NCBI GenBank assembly: GCA_965205335.1
Contig: OZ242164.1
Location: 320,001 to 384,000 of the forward strand
Source of the DNA: Candidatus Woesearchaeota archaeon
GTDB taxonomy: Archaea > Nanobdellota > Nanobdellia > Woesearchaeales > UBA583
DNA length: 64,000 bases
Direction of reading: 5' to 3'
Shown: in pieces, positions 51,016 to 61,192 of the stretch
Layout: every line of letters begins with the position of its first letter
How positions within the stretch are numbered: position 1 is the first letter of the stretch
The notes under the pieces: generated by a model
What the model was told of the DNA's origin: nothing
Databases searched by the model: none
Seen by the model: the letters and a program-made list of their open reading frames with translations, nothing else
Made by a program: the position numbers and the translations under genes

Positions 51016-51081
51016 GTAAAAGAATACTACAGAAAATTTGGCTATGAATTAGAAGGAGCATACATGGTTAAAAAACTATAA
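51016..51081 (+). repeat. Right att-like direct repeat: a displaced elp3 3' end
   Basis: Encodes VKEYYRKFGYELEGAYMVKKL*. Its stop region overlaps the stop of convergent livF. Confidence 0.85.
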
Positions 51082-51789
51082 AGCACCCAGATACGTCTCC
51101 TTTATCTTTTTATTATTAATAATATCCTTACCAGCACTCAAAACAACTTTCCCATTCTCAAGCAAATAAGTCCTATCTGCAATCTCAATAACTCTTTTAG
51201 CATTCTGCTCAACAATCAGCATACTAATTCCCTTTTCTCTCAACCCTACAATAACACTAAAAAGTTCCTTTTGGAGTTTTGGACTTAACCCCAATGTTGG
51301 TTCATCAAGCAAAAGCAACTTTGGTTCTTGCATCAAAGCCCTTCCAACTGCAAGCATCTGCTGTTCTCCCCCGCTTAAACCATACGCCAAATCATTTTCC
51401 TTTCTCCTAAGAGAAGGAAAAGTGTTATACACATTCTCTAATCTCTTCTCCAAAACTTCCTTATCAGAAATTCTATCAACACCAATCATAAGATTTTCCC
51501 TAACAGTCATATTAAGAAAATTAACCCTTCCCTGAGGAACATAAGAAACTCCAATTTCCATTAACTGATGAGTCTTAAAATCTCTAATACTCTTACCATT
51601 AAAACTTATTTCCCCTGATGTTACATTCGTTATATTAAACACAGACTTAATAACTGTACTCTTTCCAGCCCCATTAGGTCCTATCAAAGCAACAATCTCT
51701 CCATTCTTAACATCAATATCAACACCATACAAAATCTCAATCTGCCCATAACCCGCATAAACCTTTTTTAACTCTAACATTTTAATCAC
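51076..51789 (-). CDS. livF: Branched-chain amino acid ABC transporter ATPase
   Basis: GPNGAGKS, YVPQGR, LSGGEQQMLA and LLDEPTLGLSP motifs. Confidence 0.92.
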   Translation of the reverse strand: MIKMLELKKVYAGYGQIEILYGVDIDVKNGEIVALIGPNGAGKSTVIKSVFNITNVTSGEISFNGKSIRDFKTHQLMEIGVSYVPQGRVNFLNMTVRENLMIGVDRISDKEVLEKRLENVYNTFPSLRRKENDLAYGLSGGEQQMLAVGRALMQEPKLLLLDEPTLGLSPKLQKELFSVIVGLREKGISMLIVEQNAKRVIEIADRTYLLENGKVVLSAGKDIINNKKIKETYLGAL

Positions 51790-52513
51790 CTAAATAAGCC
51801 TCCAACACTCTCTCATTATTCAAAACCTCCTTTGGTGTACCTCTTGCAAGCACCTCCCCTGCATTCATAACAATAACCTCCTGAGCAATACCCATAACAA
51901 AAGGCATATTATGTTCTATAATTAAAATAGTCTCACCTTTCTCTCTTAACTTTATTAAAAGTTTTTTAATCTGCTTTCTTAACTTTGGATTAACTCCTGC
52001 AACAGGTTCATCAAGCATTAAAATATCATGAGGCTTTGCCAACGCAATAGTTAAATCCAATAACTTTCTCTGCCCATAACTCAAATCAGACAAAAGAGTA
52101 TCCAAAGGCTTGTTAAGACCAGTTAAACTTAAAAATTTTTCAATCTCCTCTGTTCTATCCTTTTTCCTTCTAAAAAAACTTTTGAAAAAAGCCTCATCAT
52201 CAGATGACATTGCAATCTCAATATGATCCCTTATTGAAAGATTCTCAAAAATTCTAACCTGCTGAAACGTTCTTGAAATTCCCATCTTAGAAATCTTATG
52301 AGTTGCCAACTTAGTAATATCCTTATTCTCATAAACTATGCTTCCCTCATCTGGAACATAAATTGAATTAATACAATTAAACAAAGTTGTCTTCCCTGAA
52401 CCATTAGGTCCTATAATAGCAGTAATCTTACCCTTCTTAATACTCATAGAACAATCTTTCAATGCCTTAACTCCTCCAAAACTTATCGAAATATCCTTTA
52501 TATCAAGAATCAT
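51782..52513 (-). CDS. livG: Branched-chain amino acid ABC transporter ATPase
   Basis: FGGVKAL, GPNGSGKTT, RTFQ, LSYGQRK and VLEAYLG motifs. Confidence 0.92.
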   Translation of the reverse strand: MILDIKDISISFGGVKALKDCSMSIKKGKITAIIGPNGSGKTTLFNCINSIYVPDEGSIVYENKDITKLATHKISKMGISRTFQQVRIFENLSIRDHIEIAMSSDDEAFFKSFFRRKKDRTEEIEKFLSLTGLNKPLDTLLSDLSYGQRKLLDLTIALAKPHDILMLDEPVAGVNPKLRKQIKKLLIKLREKGETILIIEHNMPFVMGIAQEVIVMNAGEVLARGTPKEVLNNERVLEAYLGD

Positions 52514-53394
52514 TCTATATTCACCCTCCCAAAAAGTCCCTTTGGTTCAAACCATAAAATAATTAATAATACTAACGAATAAAGAATTTGCCTCAAAGGT
52601 CCTATTATCCATGCAATCTCTGGAGGGAGTTCAACAAACCTTAGAGCCTCAGGAATTAAAATAACTAAAAATGCCGCAATAACTGTGCCTTTAAGAGATG
52701 CAACCCCTCCTACAATTACTATAGTTAACATCAGAACAAGTTCCTCTAACAGAAAAGACTTAGGGCTGATAAATCTTATATAATGAGCTAAAAGTGAACC
52801 TGCAATACCTGCTAAAAATGTAGAAATAAACATTGCCTTTATCTTTATAGTCAGAGTATCCTTCCCTAAAACTTTCAACCCTAACTCATCATCTCGCACT
52901 GCCCCAAGTAATTTTCCAAAAGGAGATTTTACAATCCTATATAAAACTAAAATACAAATTACAGTTATAATAAGAGTAAATATAAGATAATCAAAATTTG
53001 ACTTCAGGGCAAACCCAAAAATCTCAGGTCTTGGAATCCCTGAAATGCCAAGAGTTCCATTTGTTAATGACTTCCAGTTTTGAAAAACAGTATATGTAAT
53101 ATATGTAAACCCAAGAGTTAAAAGAGCAAGATAATCTGATTTGTGTTCTCTTGTAACAATTGATAATATAACTCCAAAAAGAGCAGCAACAAGTCCGGAG
53201 AGAACAAATGCAAGTATAAAAGGCACTCCAACATCCATAACCAAAATAGCTGAAGTATAAGCGCCAATCCCAAAAAACGCTACATGTCCCCAATTTAAAA
53301 GACCAGTGTAACCAAATGCCAAATTCAGACTTGCTGACAAAATCAGATAAATGCATATATAAATTAAAATATGTATCAAATATTTCTCAATCAT
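52510..53394 (-). CDS. livM: Branched-chain amino acid ABC transporter permease
   Basis: GYTGLLNWGHVAFFGIGAY, SPFGKLLGAVRDDE and PKGLFG motifs. Confidence 0.9.
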   Translation of the reverse strand: MIEKYLIHILIYICIYLILSASLNLAFGYTGLLNWGHVAFFGIGAYTSAILVMDVGVPFILAFVLSGLVAALFGVILSIVTREHKSDYLALLTLGFTYITYTVFQNWKSLTNGTLGISGIPRPEIFGFALKSNFDYLIFTLIITVICILVLYRIVKSPFGKLLGAVRDDELGLKVLGKDTLTIKIKAMFISTFLAGIAGSLLAHYIRFISPKSFLLEELVLMLTIVIVGGVASLKGTVIAAFLVILIPEALRFVELPPEIAWIIGPLRQILYSLVLLIILWFEPKGLFGRVNIE

Positions 53395-54296
53395 TTTCTA
53401 CCCTTCACAAACGCCCCCCCGAATAATCCACTTGGCTTTAAAAGAAGAATTAAAAAAAGTCCAACAAATGCAATTGCATCCTTATACTCAGATGGTAAAA
53501 GCAATATTCCATAATTCTCAACAAGCCCTAAAACATAAGAACCAAGAATTGATGACGGAACAGATGCAATCCCACCTATAACTGCTCCTGCAAAACCTTT
53601 AATAATAAGATCTGTTCCCATTGTAGGTTCAGCAATCTGCACAATCCCAATCAGAATCCCTGCAACTCCTGCAAGAAAAGAGCCCAGCAAAAAAGAATAT
53701 ATTGCAACCTTTCTTGATGATATTCCGACTATATTTGCCAACTCGTAATTATCAGACACTGCTCTTAAATCCTTCCCAAGCTTTGTTTTCTTCAAAAATA
53801 AATACAAAAGAACCAAAAGAACCAAAGAACAAATAACTACTCCAATCTGAGTAGGAGTTATAAACGCCCCAAAAACCTCAATACCCTTTTTAACATCTAT
53901 CAATCCTATATTTCTAACTCCGGGTCCAAAACCAAGAACTATTAAATTCTCTACTAAAAATAAAATTCCTAGACTTGCAATTAAAAGCACAATATTTGAT
54001 GCTCCCCTCTTTTTCATAGGTTCATAAACAATAATATACATCAAAAGCCCAGACAACGAAGTTAAAATCAATGTTAAAATCACAGCAATAGGAAAAGGAA
54101 AATTGCTCAATGTAAACAGCAGATAGATAAAATAAGCCCCGAGTACAACAGTTACTCCATGAGCTATATGTAAAAACCTGTTAGTTGTATATATAAGAGA
54201 AAAACCGCATGCAACAAGTGCATAAATAGAGCCTGCTACAATACCATTAAAAGTTACCTGAAGGACTGTACCTGAAGTTATTTGCTCTAAAACCAT
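53391..54296 (-). CDS. livH: Branched-chain amino acid ABC transporter permease
   Basis: GSIYALVACGFSL, TKLGKDLRAVS and KPSGLFG motifs. Confidence 0.9.
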   Translation of the reverse strand: MVLEQITSGTVLQVTFNGIVAGSIYALVACGFSLIYTTNRFLHIAHGVTVVLGAYFIYLLFTLSNFPFPIAVILTLILTSLSGLLMYIIVYEPMKKRGASNIVLLIASLGILFLVENLIVLGFGPGVRNIGLIDVKKGIEVFGAFITPTQIGVVICSLVLLVLLYLFLKKTKLGKDLRAVSDNYELANIVGISSRKVAIYSFLLGSFLAGVAGILIGIVQIAEPTMGTDLIIKGFAGAVIGGIASVPSSILGSYVLGLVENYGILLLPSEYKDAIAFVGLFLILLLKPSGLFGGAFVKGRK

Positions 54297-54353
54297 CTCT
54301 AAAAATTCACATATTTTAAGACATTATAAAATTAACTATAAAAAAAGTAGAGA

Positions 54354-55517
54354 TTATGAAATAACAACTAATTCGCCGCCTCTTATTTGCTTAAGATCAA
54401 ATTCAACAATAGGATCTCCATTCTCATCTATCGATACTGTGCCCATTGCACCTTCCCAGTTCTGCACTTTGTACAGCTCATCCTTAACACATGTACCATC
54501 CTGATCTCCACATATCGCAAGAATATCCTTTAATATGTAAGCAATATCATATGATGCCGCAAGATATGCAAATGGCACGGACTGAACGAATCCTTCTCCT
54601 TCTCTTTGATTTGCATTATTAATGAAAGCGCTTGCTTTTGGTGAATCCTTATCCACTTTAACTTCTGGATATATCGCACCTTCCAGATAATCACTGTGCA
54701 CATCTAAAACTTCATTTGCAGTTATCATTTCAGATGAATAAATTGGAAGTTCAATTCCTATCTCCTGCATTTGTTTAACAAGTAAACTTGCCTTGGGGAA
54801 TGTTTGAGTTACAGGATATATTGCTGTTACATCTGAATCCCTAATATTAGTAAGTGGAGTTCTTAAATCAGTTACTTCTGGTGCAAATCTCTCTTCAATA
54901 ACGATATCTCCACCTAATCCTGTATAAGTCTCAACAAAGACTTCCCTTAAAGATTCAACATACTCAGTAACTTCAGAAATCACAGCCATCTTCGTATGAC
55001 CGTCCTCAATAGCTCTTCTTGCAACAGCCGCTGCTCCTAGGGCATCTGAAGGATAATTCCTGAAGATATAGTCTCCTGCAAAAGTAATCTGAGTACTGCT
55101 TGAACCTGGTGATACTAATACAACCTGATTATCTTCAGCAATTGGGGCTGCTCCAAGAGTCTCATCACTGCACACTCCACCAATTATAACCTTCACTCCA
55201 TCTAGATTAATCAGTTTCTGAGCAGATTTTGCTCCTTCTGAACCATCACACTGTCCGTCCTCATAGATAACTTTTAGTTGCTTTCCATTAATTCCTCCTT
55301 GGGAATTTATTTCATCAACTGCTAACTGCAAAGACTTCTGCATAGGAATTCCATATGCAGCCCCATCTCCAGTTAATGGGAAGATTGCACCTACTTCATA
55401 AAAATCATCTCCTGCCCCTTCAACAGGTACTTCACTTGTATTTGTGTGTGCACATCCTCCAAGTAAAAGTATGAAGGAAAATAAAACCATAACTTGTAAT
55501 ATCCTTTTTTGTTTCAT
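54354..55517 (-). CDS. livK: Branched-chain amino acid ABC substrate-binding lipoprotein (type I PBP)
   Basis: Lipobox LLGGC; VGAIFPLTG, EINSQGGINGKQL and YIFRNYPSD motifs. Confidence 0.88.
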   Translation of the reverse strand: MKQKRILQVMVLFSFILLLGGCAHTNTSEVPVEGAGDDFYEVGAIFPLTGDGAAYGIPMQKSLQLAVDEINSQGGINGKQLKVIYEDGQCDGSEGAKSAQKLINLDGVKVIIGGVCSDETLGAAPIAEDNQVVLVSPGSSSTQITFAGDYIFRNYPSDALGAAAVARRAIEDGHTKMAVISEVTEYVESLREVFVETYTGLGGDIVIEERFAPEVTDLRTPLTNIRDSDVTAIYPVTQTFPKASLLVKQMQEIGIELPIYSSEMITANEVLDVHSDYLEGAIYPEVKVDKDSPKASAFINNANQREGEGFVQSVPFAYLAASYDIAYILKDILAICGDQDGTCVKDELYKVQNWEGAMGTVSIDENGDPIVEFDLKQIRGGELVVIS

Positions 55518-55564
55518 AGTAACATCTAGGGATATTGTAAGTTTTATAAATTTTTGTATTTTAG

Positions 55565-55813
55565 GGCTCTGGTCATTTTTAGGGTGTTTTTATTTTAAAT
55601 GCATTTTTCATAATTTCTTCCCAATTATCAGGAACATTTAAACCACTTGCTTGTGCTGGTGTCATACCTAAACTTAAATGTGGTTTAACAAAATTATAAT
55701 AGTTTTTGAAACCTTTATTATATATCTGAACTCCTTTAAGTGTTTTCATTCCACGCATTGACTTAGTACGGTCTTTATGTGTTCCGTGATAACGTTCTAT
55801 AATGTTATTGTTG
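55565..55813 (-). mobile_element. IS6-family remnant: transposase C-terminus plus terminal IR
   Basis: NNIIERYHGTHKDRTKSMRG...YYNFVKPHLSLGMTPAQASG. The end GGCTCTGGTCATTTTTAGGGTG lies 14 bp from the livK TATA box. Confidence 0.85.
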
Positions 55814-55817
55814 CTAT

Positions 55818-56190
55818 CTAAAAGAACTCCAACAATAGAAATTACACAAGTATTTACCGCTCCAACAAACAAAGCATAAAGGAAAGAGTTTGAAGAATCA
55901 TAAGGCAGGAAATGATGCCCGATTCCATAAAGCGTTTCTTCCATTTTCTCTTGGAAGATTAATTTCTCCACCACTGCCAAGATTTCTATCGTAAATCTCA
56001 CCATAGTTGCCAACGCTTCTTATAACATTCTGAGCAAAGCCCATTTCAAGCCCCAAAGTTTCCTATCCGAAACTGCCTTCAAATCCAAGCAAACGATCAA
56101 CTTTTCTATCTCCTGTAAGCTCACACATTGGAAGGTGTTATTTCATAAGATTCAGAGCAAGTAAGAACGCCAATGTTATGACAATATTCA
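55818..56190 (-). pseudogene. Spliced remnants of a second aapJ-aapQ copy
   Basis: 55818-55923 matches 59657-59762 (aapQ). 55925-56118 matches 60061-60254 (aapJ), and the match continues with more divergence. Confidence 0.85.
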
Positions 56191-56223
56191 TTTTTTCCCC
56201 TCCTCAGTTTTTTATTATTAACT

Positions 56224-56973
56224 TTATGTCAAAATCCGAGACAAAAACTCCTTAGTTCTTTTCTCTTTAGGATGACTAAAAAATTCTTTTGGAGGTCTTT
56301 CCTCTATTATTCTGCCTTCATCAAACATAATAATTCTATCTGCAACTTCTTTGGCAAATCCAATTTCATGAGAGACAAGAATCATGGTCATTCCAGAATT
56401 AGCCAATTCCTTCATAACATCTAACACCTCATTAATCATTTCAGGGTCCAAAGCAGAAGTTGGCTCATCAAAAAGCATTATTTTAGGTGACATAGCAAGG
56501 GAACGAGCTATGGCAACTCTCTGCTGCTGTCCTCCTGAAAGTTCGGAAGGGTATTTATCTGCTTGTTCAGAAATCCCAACTCTTTTAAGAAGTTCCTTTG
56601 CCTTCTGTTGAGCTTTATCCTGCGGTATTTTCCTTACCTTCATTGGAGCTAAGGTTATGTTCTGCATCACGGTAAGATGGGGAAATAAATTAAAAGACTG
56701 AAAAACCATTCCAACTTCTCTTCTAATGGCATCTATGTTTCTTGTATCCTGAGTTAGTTCTATTCCATCAACTATAATCTTTCCCTTTTGATATTCTTCA
56801 AGTTTGTTTATTGTTCTGATAAAAGTGGATTTTCCAGATCCTGAAGGACCCACGATAACAATTTTCTCTCCTTTCTTCACGGAAAGGTTTACTCCTTTAA
56901 GAACATGGAATGAATCATACCATTTATGAACTTCTTTGCATATTATTATCGGATTTTCAGATTCTTTTGACAT
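56224..56973 (-). CDS. aapP: Polar amino acid ABC transporter ATPase
   Basis: [33 protein letters not shown] and [11 protein letters not shown] motifs. Confidence 0.9.
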   Translation of the reverse strand: MSKESENPIIICKEVHKWYDSFHVLKGVNLSVKKGEKIVIVGPSGSGKSTFIRTINKLEEYQKGKIIVDGIELTQDTRNIDAIRREVGMVFQSFNLFPHLTVMQNITLAPMKVRKIPQDKAQQKAKELLKRVGISEQADKYPSELSGGQQQRVAIARSLAMSPKIMLFDEPTSALDPEMINEVLDVMKELANSGMTMILVSHEIGFAKEVADRIIMFDEGRIIEERPPKEFFSHPKEKRTKEFLSRILT

Positions 56974-56996
56974 TAATAAAAATATGTATTAATAGT

Positions 56997-57233
56997 TTAA
57001 ATAGTTTTCGTTAATTCAATTCTTCCAAAAACTTTTTTAATTTCACTTAATTGAATTTTATCTAATTTGAAATATTTTGAAACATTTAGAATCTCCATTC
57101 CCCATGCTTTTTCCTTTTCATCTAAATCAATAATAAAATCTCCAAAATTAATACTATGATGGTAATTCATTTTTCTTTTCTTCAAGAAAAGCGAGTCACT
57201 CTTAAAATCATAATCAATTATATCATGTGCCAT
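56997..57233 (-). CDS. DUF2283-like small protein
   Basis: IDYDFKSDSLFL...IIDLDEKEKAWGMEILNVSK pattern. Confidence 0.75.
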   Translation of the reverse strand: MAHDIIDYDFKSDSLFLKKRKMNYHHSINFGDFIIDLDEKEKAWGMEILNVSKYFKLDKIQLSEIKKVFGRIELTKTI

Positions 57234-57280
57234 TATACTTACAATAACATTTGTGTATTTATAAAATTTTCAATTTTTGT

Positions 57281-57357
57281 GGTTTTGTGAGTTTTACTCA
57301 AATATTAGTTGTTTGTTTTTCATATAAAACAAAAACACCCTAAAAATGGTCAGAATC
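57281..57357. mobile_element. Collapsed IS6-like remnant with two ends
   Basis: The right end aaaaacaccctaaaaatggtcagaatc is the inverse of the 55565 end. The left end ggttttgtg is degenerate. A TATA-like box lies about 14 bp outside each end. Confidence 0.55.
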
Positions 57358-57537
57358 CATCAAAACGAAAACTAATAAAAGAATAAATATCCCAAACAAT
57401 CAAAATAAATTCTTTGGAGTTTCACCCTCCATTATATCAGGAAAGGCAGGATGGATGACTTGTTTGAGTGGTATTTTGTTTAAGCATAGTATTACATTTG
57501 TTCACGGCATTAAATCGGCAATTCTTTCTCAATTTCA

Positions 57538-58755
57538 TTAATGTGTCGCAGTGTTTCTTACTCCCGTATTTGTTTTTCTCTCAATATATCTGCTGACGTG
57601 GGAAAGTCCGTATGCGAATATCCAGAAAGTCAGGGCCAGAAAAATGAACAATTCATAAGAACTATTTAAGTATACAGGATTTCCACTAATAAATGCCCTT
57701 CCAATTCCAACCATGTCAAGCATTCCGATAACATAAACCAAATTCGTATCTTTGAAAAGTGATATAAATTGTCCTACAATTGCAGGTATTACATTTTTAA
57801 GTGCCTGAGGCAGAGATATTAAAAGTATAGTTTGCACACCAGAAAGCCCCAATGCCCTTGCAGCTTCTTGTTGCCCCGGACTTAGAGCTTGCAATCCCCC
57901 CCTTATATTCTCAGCCATATATGCCGCACTGAATAAGGTTATTATTATTGCAGCTCTGTAAAGAGAATTTAAAGGAAAATCTTCGGGAAACGCAAGAGGA
58001 ACAAGGGTTTGAGACATAAAAAGAAGAGCAATCAGAGGAACTCCCCGAAATAATTCTATAAACAAAATGCAAATTACTTTAACTAAATGCAAACTGCTTC
58101 TCCTTCCAAAAGCAAGAAGTATTCCAATTGGCAGGCAGAGAACTATTCCAGAAACGGCTAATAACAAATTCAGCATCAGCCCTCCCCAATATATTACAGA
58201 TACGGGTTCTAAGAACTTAACCCCTGAAACTCCGTGTAGCAATAGAAGAATTGCCAAAAAACATAAAACTCCAGTTAATAAAATCCCTTTAGCTTTCCTT
58301 ATTTTAAAATAAGACGCAAAGTAATAACCAAGAATCAAAGCAGGCAAATTAAGAAGCAGCAGAATTCTGATGTCAAAACCCATTTTTTCCAGACTATAAG
58401 GAAGGAAAGCAAAAGCAGCTGATGCAACTGAAAAAATTATGGCAATCTTTTTAGCAAGAGAATCTCTTGTAGAACCCCATATAAATCCAAAAAAGAAAGT
58501 TGATATTAATAACGCTGCTGCAGGTCTCCAGAAACAATTTCCACCAGAACATGCAATTTCTGTGTTATACTGTCCTATAATCAAAGTCCCTCCAAGAACT
58601 GATATGATACTCCAGTCAGCAACAAATAACAACCATCTGCCTCCAAACCACAAAGATAAGATTATCATGCTTCCAAGCAAGATCGTAAAGATTCCATTAT
58701 AAAACGAACTAAACAGATTTTCTTTAAGCCATTTGGTTATTTTTTCAAAACTCAT
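57538..58755 (-). CDS. aapM: General L-amino acid ABC transporter permease
   Basis: WLKENLFSS, WGGLMLNL, FRGVPLI, AENIRGGLQA and FKDT motifs. Confidence 0.88.
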   Translation of the reverse strand: MSFEKITKWLKENLFSSFYNGIFTILLGSMIILSLWFGGRWLLFVADWSIISVLGGTLIIGQYNTEIACSGGNCFWRPAAALLISTFFFGFIWGSTRDSLAKKIAIIFSVASAAFAFLPYSLEKMGFDIRILLLLNLPALILGYYFASYFKIRKAKGILLTGVLCFLAILLLLHGVSGVKFLEPVSVIYWGGLMLNLLLAVSGIVLCLPIGILLAFGRRSSLHLVKVICILFIELFRGVPLIALLFMSQTLVPLAFPEDFPLNSLYRAAIIITLFSAAYMAENIRGGLQALSPGQQEAARALGLSGVQTILLISLPQALKNVIPAIVGQFISLFKDTNLVYVIGMLDMVGIGRAFISGNPVYLNSSYELFIFLALTFWIFAYGLSHVSRYIERKTNTGVRNTATH

Positions 58756-58760
58756 TAGAT

Positions 58761-59984
58761 CTATCCTCCTGTGAATTTGATATGCCTGTTATAGATATTC
58801 CCTATTAGCGAATATGTCAGACTTATGACGAGGTAAGCCGCCATTATCAGTATGAATATGGAAATTGCTGGAGCGGTTTGTGTCATTGTTTTAGCTACAT
58901 TAACCAAATCAGGGTATCCAACAATTGCAGCAAGACTGCTGTTTTTTGTCAAATTCAAATATTCGCTTATGGTAGGAGGAACAATAACTCTTAAAGATTG
59001 GGGGAAGGTTATGTGCCTTAATGCTTCAAATTTAGACAACCCTAATGCTCTTGCCGCTTCCACTTGTCCTTTATTAACGGATTGTATTCCTGCTCTCACA
59101 ATTTCAGCAATAAAAGAAGAAGCGTATAATACTAACCCGATTAGCAGGGCAATTAGTCCCGCAGGGACCGTGAATCCTCCGCTAATCCTTCCAAAAGTTC
59201 CCTGAGGATACGGGACTGAAATCGATAATGGATGCTGTCCAAATAAAAAATAAAGAATAAACCATCCCGCAAGAAAAAATGATAATGACAAGATTAAGGA
59301 ATAAATCAAAGGATGATAATTTTTCCCCTTTTTTTTTGAAATTGAGGAGAAGAACTTATATGCAAAAAACAACAAAGCAAAAGTTGCCAGAACTAAGATT
59401 AGTGACAACATCCCTGCTCCAAATCCCAAAGCAGAAAACCATGGAAAAGACACTCCCGAATTACTGATGTAAACTTTGTCTGCTATCGTAAAACTTTCTT
59501 TAATTTCCGGCAATGTAAGCATAATGTAAAACCAAAAAAACAACAGAATAAGCAAAGGAACGTTTCTGAAAATTTCTATATAAACAAGCGAAGTTTTGCT
59601 TATAAGCCAATTTTTTGACAATCTGCAAACTCCTATGAAAATGCCTAAGATAGTTGCTAAAAGAACTCCAACGATAGAAATTACACTGGTATTTACCCCT
59701 CCAACAAACAAAGCATAAAGGAAAGTATTTGAAGAATCATAGGGCAGGAAATGATGCCCGATGGGAGTTTGATATGCTCTTTCCAAAAAATCAAATCCGT
59801 ACGGTATGTTTCTCTCTGCAATAGCAGTAGCAATGTTAAGAAAAAACCATGAAACAAGAACTAAAACCAAAATTCCTGAAACAATCTGTATAAACCATTT
59901 CAGGAACTTAGAATGCCTCCATAAAGGAATTCCTTGATAGGATAAACCCAATCTTATGGATTTACTTTTTTGGAGGGATGGCAT
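58761..59984 (-). CDS. aapQ: General L-amino acid ABC transporter permease
   Basis: GFDFL, EIFRNVPLL, AEIVRAGIQSV and NLTKNSSLA motifs. Confidence 0.88.
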   Translation of the reverse strand: MPSLQKSKSIRLGLSYQGIPLWRHSKFLKWFIQIVSGILVLVLVSWFFLNIATAIAERNIPYGFDFLERAYQTPIGHHFLPYDSSNTFLYALFVGGVNTSVISIVGVLLATILGIFIGVCRLSKNWLISKTSLVYIEIFRNVPLLILLFFWFYIMLTLPEIKESFTIADKVYISNSGVSFPWFSALGFGAGMLSLILVLATFALLFFAYKFFSSISKKKGKNYHPLIYSLILSLSFFLAGWFILYFLFGQHPLSISVPYPQGTFGRISGGFTVPAGLIALLIGLVLYASSFIAEIVRAGIQSVNKGQVEAARALGLSKFEALRHITFPQSLRVIVPPTISEYLNLTKNSSLAAIVGYPDLVNVAKTMTQTAPAISIFILIMAAYLVISLTYSLIGNIYNRHIKFTGG

Positions 59985-59997
59985 TTTATGAAAATGC

Positions 59998-61146
59998 TTA
60001 TCTCAGGGGAGCAGCGTAAATCTGTCCTCCTTTTGGACAATTAGTGCATGGTGCGTTTGCCCATAAAGCGTTTCTTCCATTTTCTCTTGGAAGATTAATT
60101 TCTCCACCACTGCCAAGATTCTTATCGTAAATCTCACCATAGTTGCCAACGCTTCTTATAACATTCTGAGCAAAGCCCATTTCAAGCCCCAAAGTTTCCT
60201 GCCCGAAACTTCCTTCAAATCCAAGCAAACGATCAACTTTTCTATCTCCTGTAATCTCAGCAGGCACATTGGACGATGAGATTTCGTATGCTTCTGAGTA
60301 AATAAGAACGCTCATGACAGTCTTCACAATGTCAAACCACTGTTCATCTCCATGCGGAACAACAGGTCCTAATGGCTCTTCTGATATGGTTTCAGGCAAA
60401 ATAACGTGGTCGTCCCTGTTAGTAAGGCCTGAACTAATAGCAGCCAATTGCGATCTGTCGTTTGTGTAAGCGTCACATTGTCCGCTTTCATAAGCAGCCT
60501 TCGTAGCATCGTTACTCTCAAAAGTCAAAGGAGTAATCTCTAAATTATTTTGAGCCGAAAAGTCCTCAAGGTTAAGTTCAGTTGTAGTTCCCTGAATTAC
60601 ACATACTGTTGCTCCCCCAAGCATATAAGCACTTGAAATGCCTGAATCTTTTCTTATCATAAATCCTTGTCCGTCATAGAACATTGTCTGAACATAATTT
60701 CCCCACTGAGCATCTCTTGAAGTTGTCCATGTAACTGTACGAACCAGCAGATCAACTTCTCCTGACTGGATGGTAGGACCTCTTTCAGCTGCAGTAATCA
60801 ACCTTATCTCTATTTTATTAGGATCTCCAAGAACGGCAGTAGCAACTGCTCGGCAAAGATCTATGTCAAAGCCAACGTTCGAGCCTGTGTTTTCATCAAT
60901 ATATCCAAATCCTGAAACGTCATTACGACTTGCACAAATAACTTTTCCTCTTTCCCTCACTTTTTCAAGACGGCTCATTTCATTACTACTTTCTTGAGCA
61001 TAATTTTTCTTATCTTCATTAACCGAATTTACATTCCCTGAATCCCCAACAGGTACTTCACTTGTATTTGTTTGGTGTGCACATCCCCCAAGTAAAAGTA
61101 TGAAGGAAAACAAAGCCAAAACCCATAGTATTCTTTTTCGTTCCAT
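59998..61146 (-). CDS. aapJ: General L-amino acid ABC substrate-binding lipoprotein (type II PBP)
   Basis: GFDIDLCRAVA, TWTTSRD, FYDGQGF, ISEEPLGP and VGNYGEIY motifs; lipobox LLGGC. Confidence 0.9.
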   Translation of the reverse strand: MERKRILWVLALFSFILLLGGCAHQTNTSEVPVGDSGNVNSVNEDKKNYAQESSNEMSRLEKVRERGKVICASRNDVSGFGYIDENTGSNVGFDIDLCRAVATAVLGDPNKIEIRLITAAERGPTIQSGEVDLLVRTVTWTTSRDAQWGNYVQTMFYDGQGFMIRKDSGISSAYMLGGATVCVIQGTTTELNLEDFSAQNNLEITPLTFESNDATKAAYESGQCDAYTNDRSQLAAISSGLTNRDDHVILPETISEEPLGPVVPHGDEQWFDIVKTVMSVLIYSEAYEISSSNVPAEITGDRKVDRLLGFEGSFGQETLGLEMGFAQNVIRSVGNYGEIYDKNLGSGGEINLPRENGRNALWANAPCTNCPKGGQIYAAPLR

Positions 61147-61192
61147 TGTAAATTCTGTGATACTACAAGTTTTATAAATTTTTGTATTTCAG

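Noticed and set aside
55579-56013. 144-aa ORF as a functional transposase
   Set aside because: Only the C-terminal ~75 aa are transposase; the rest is aap-derived. No intact transposase or integrase was seen in the window.
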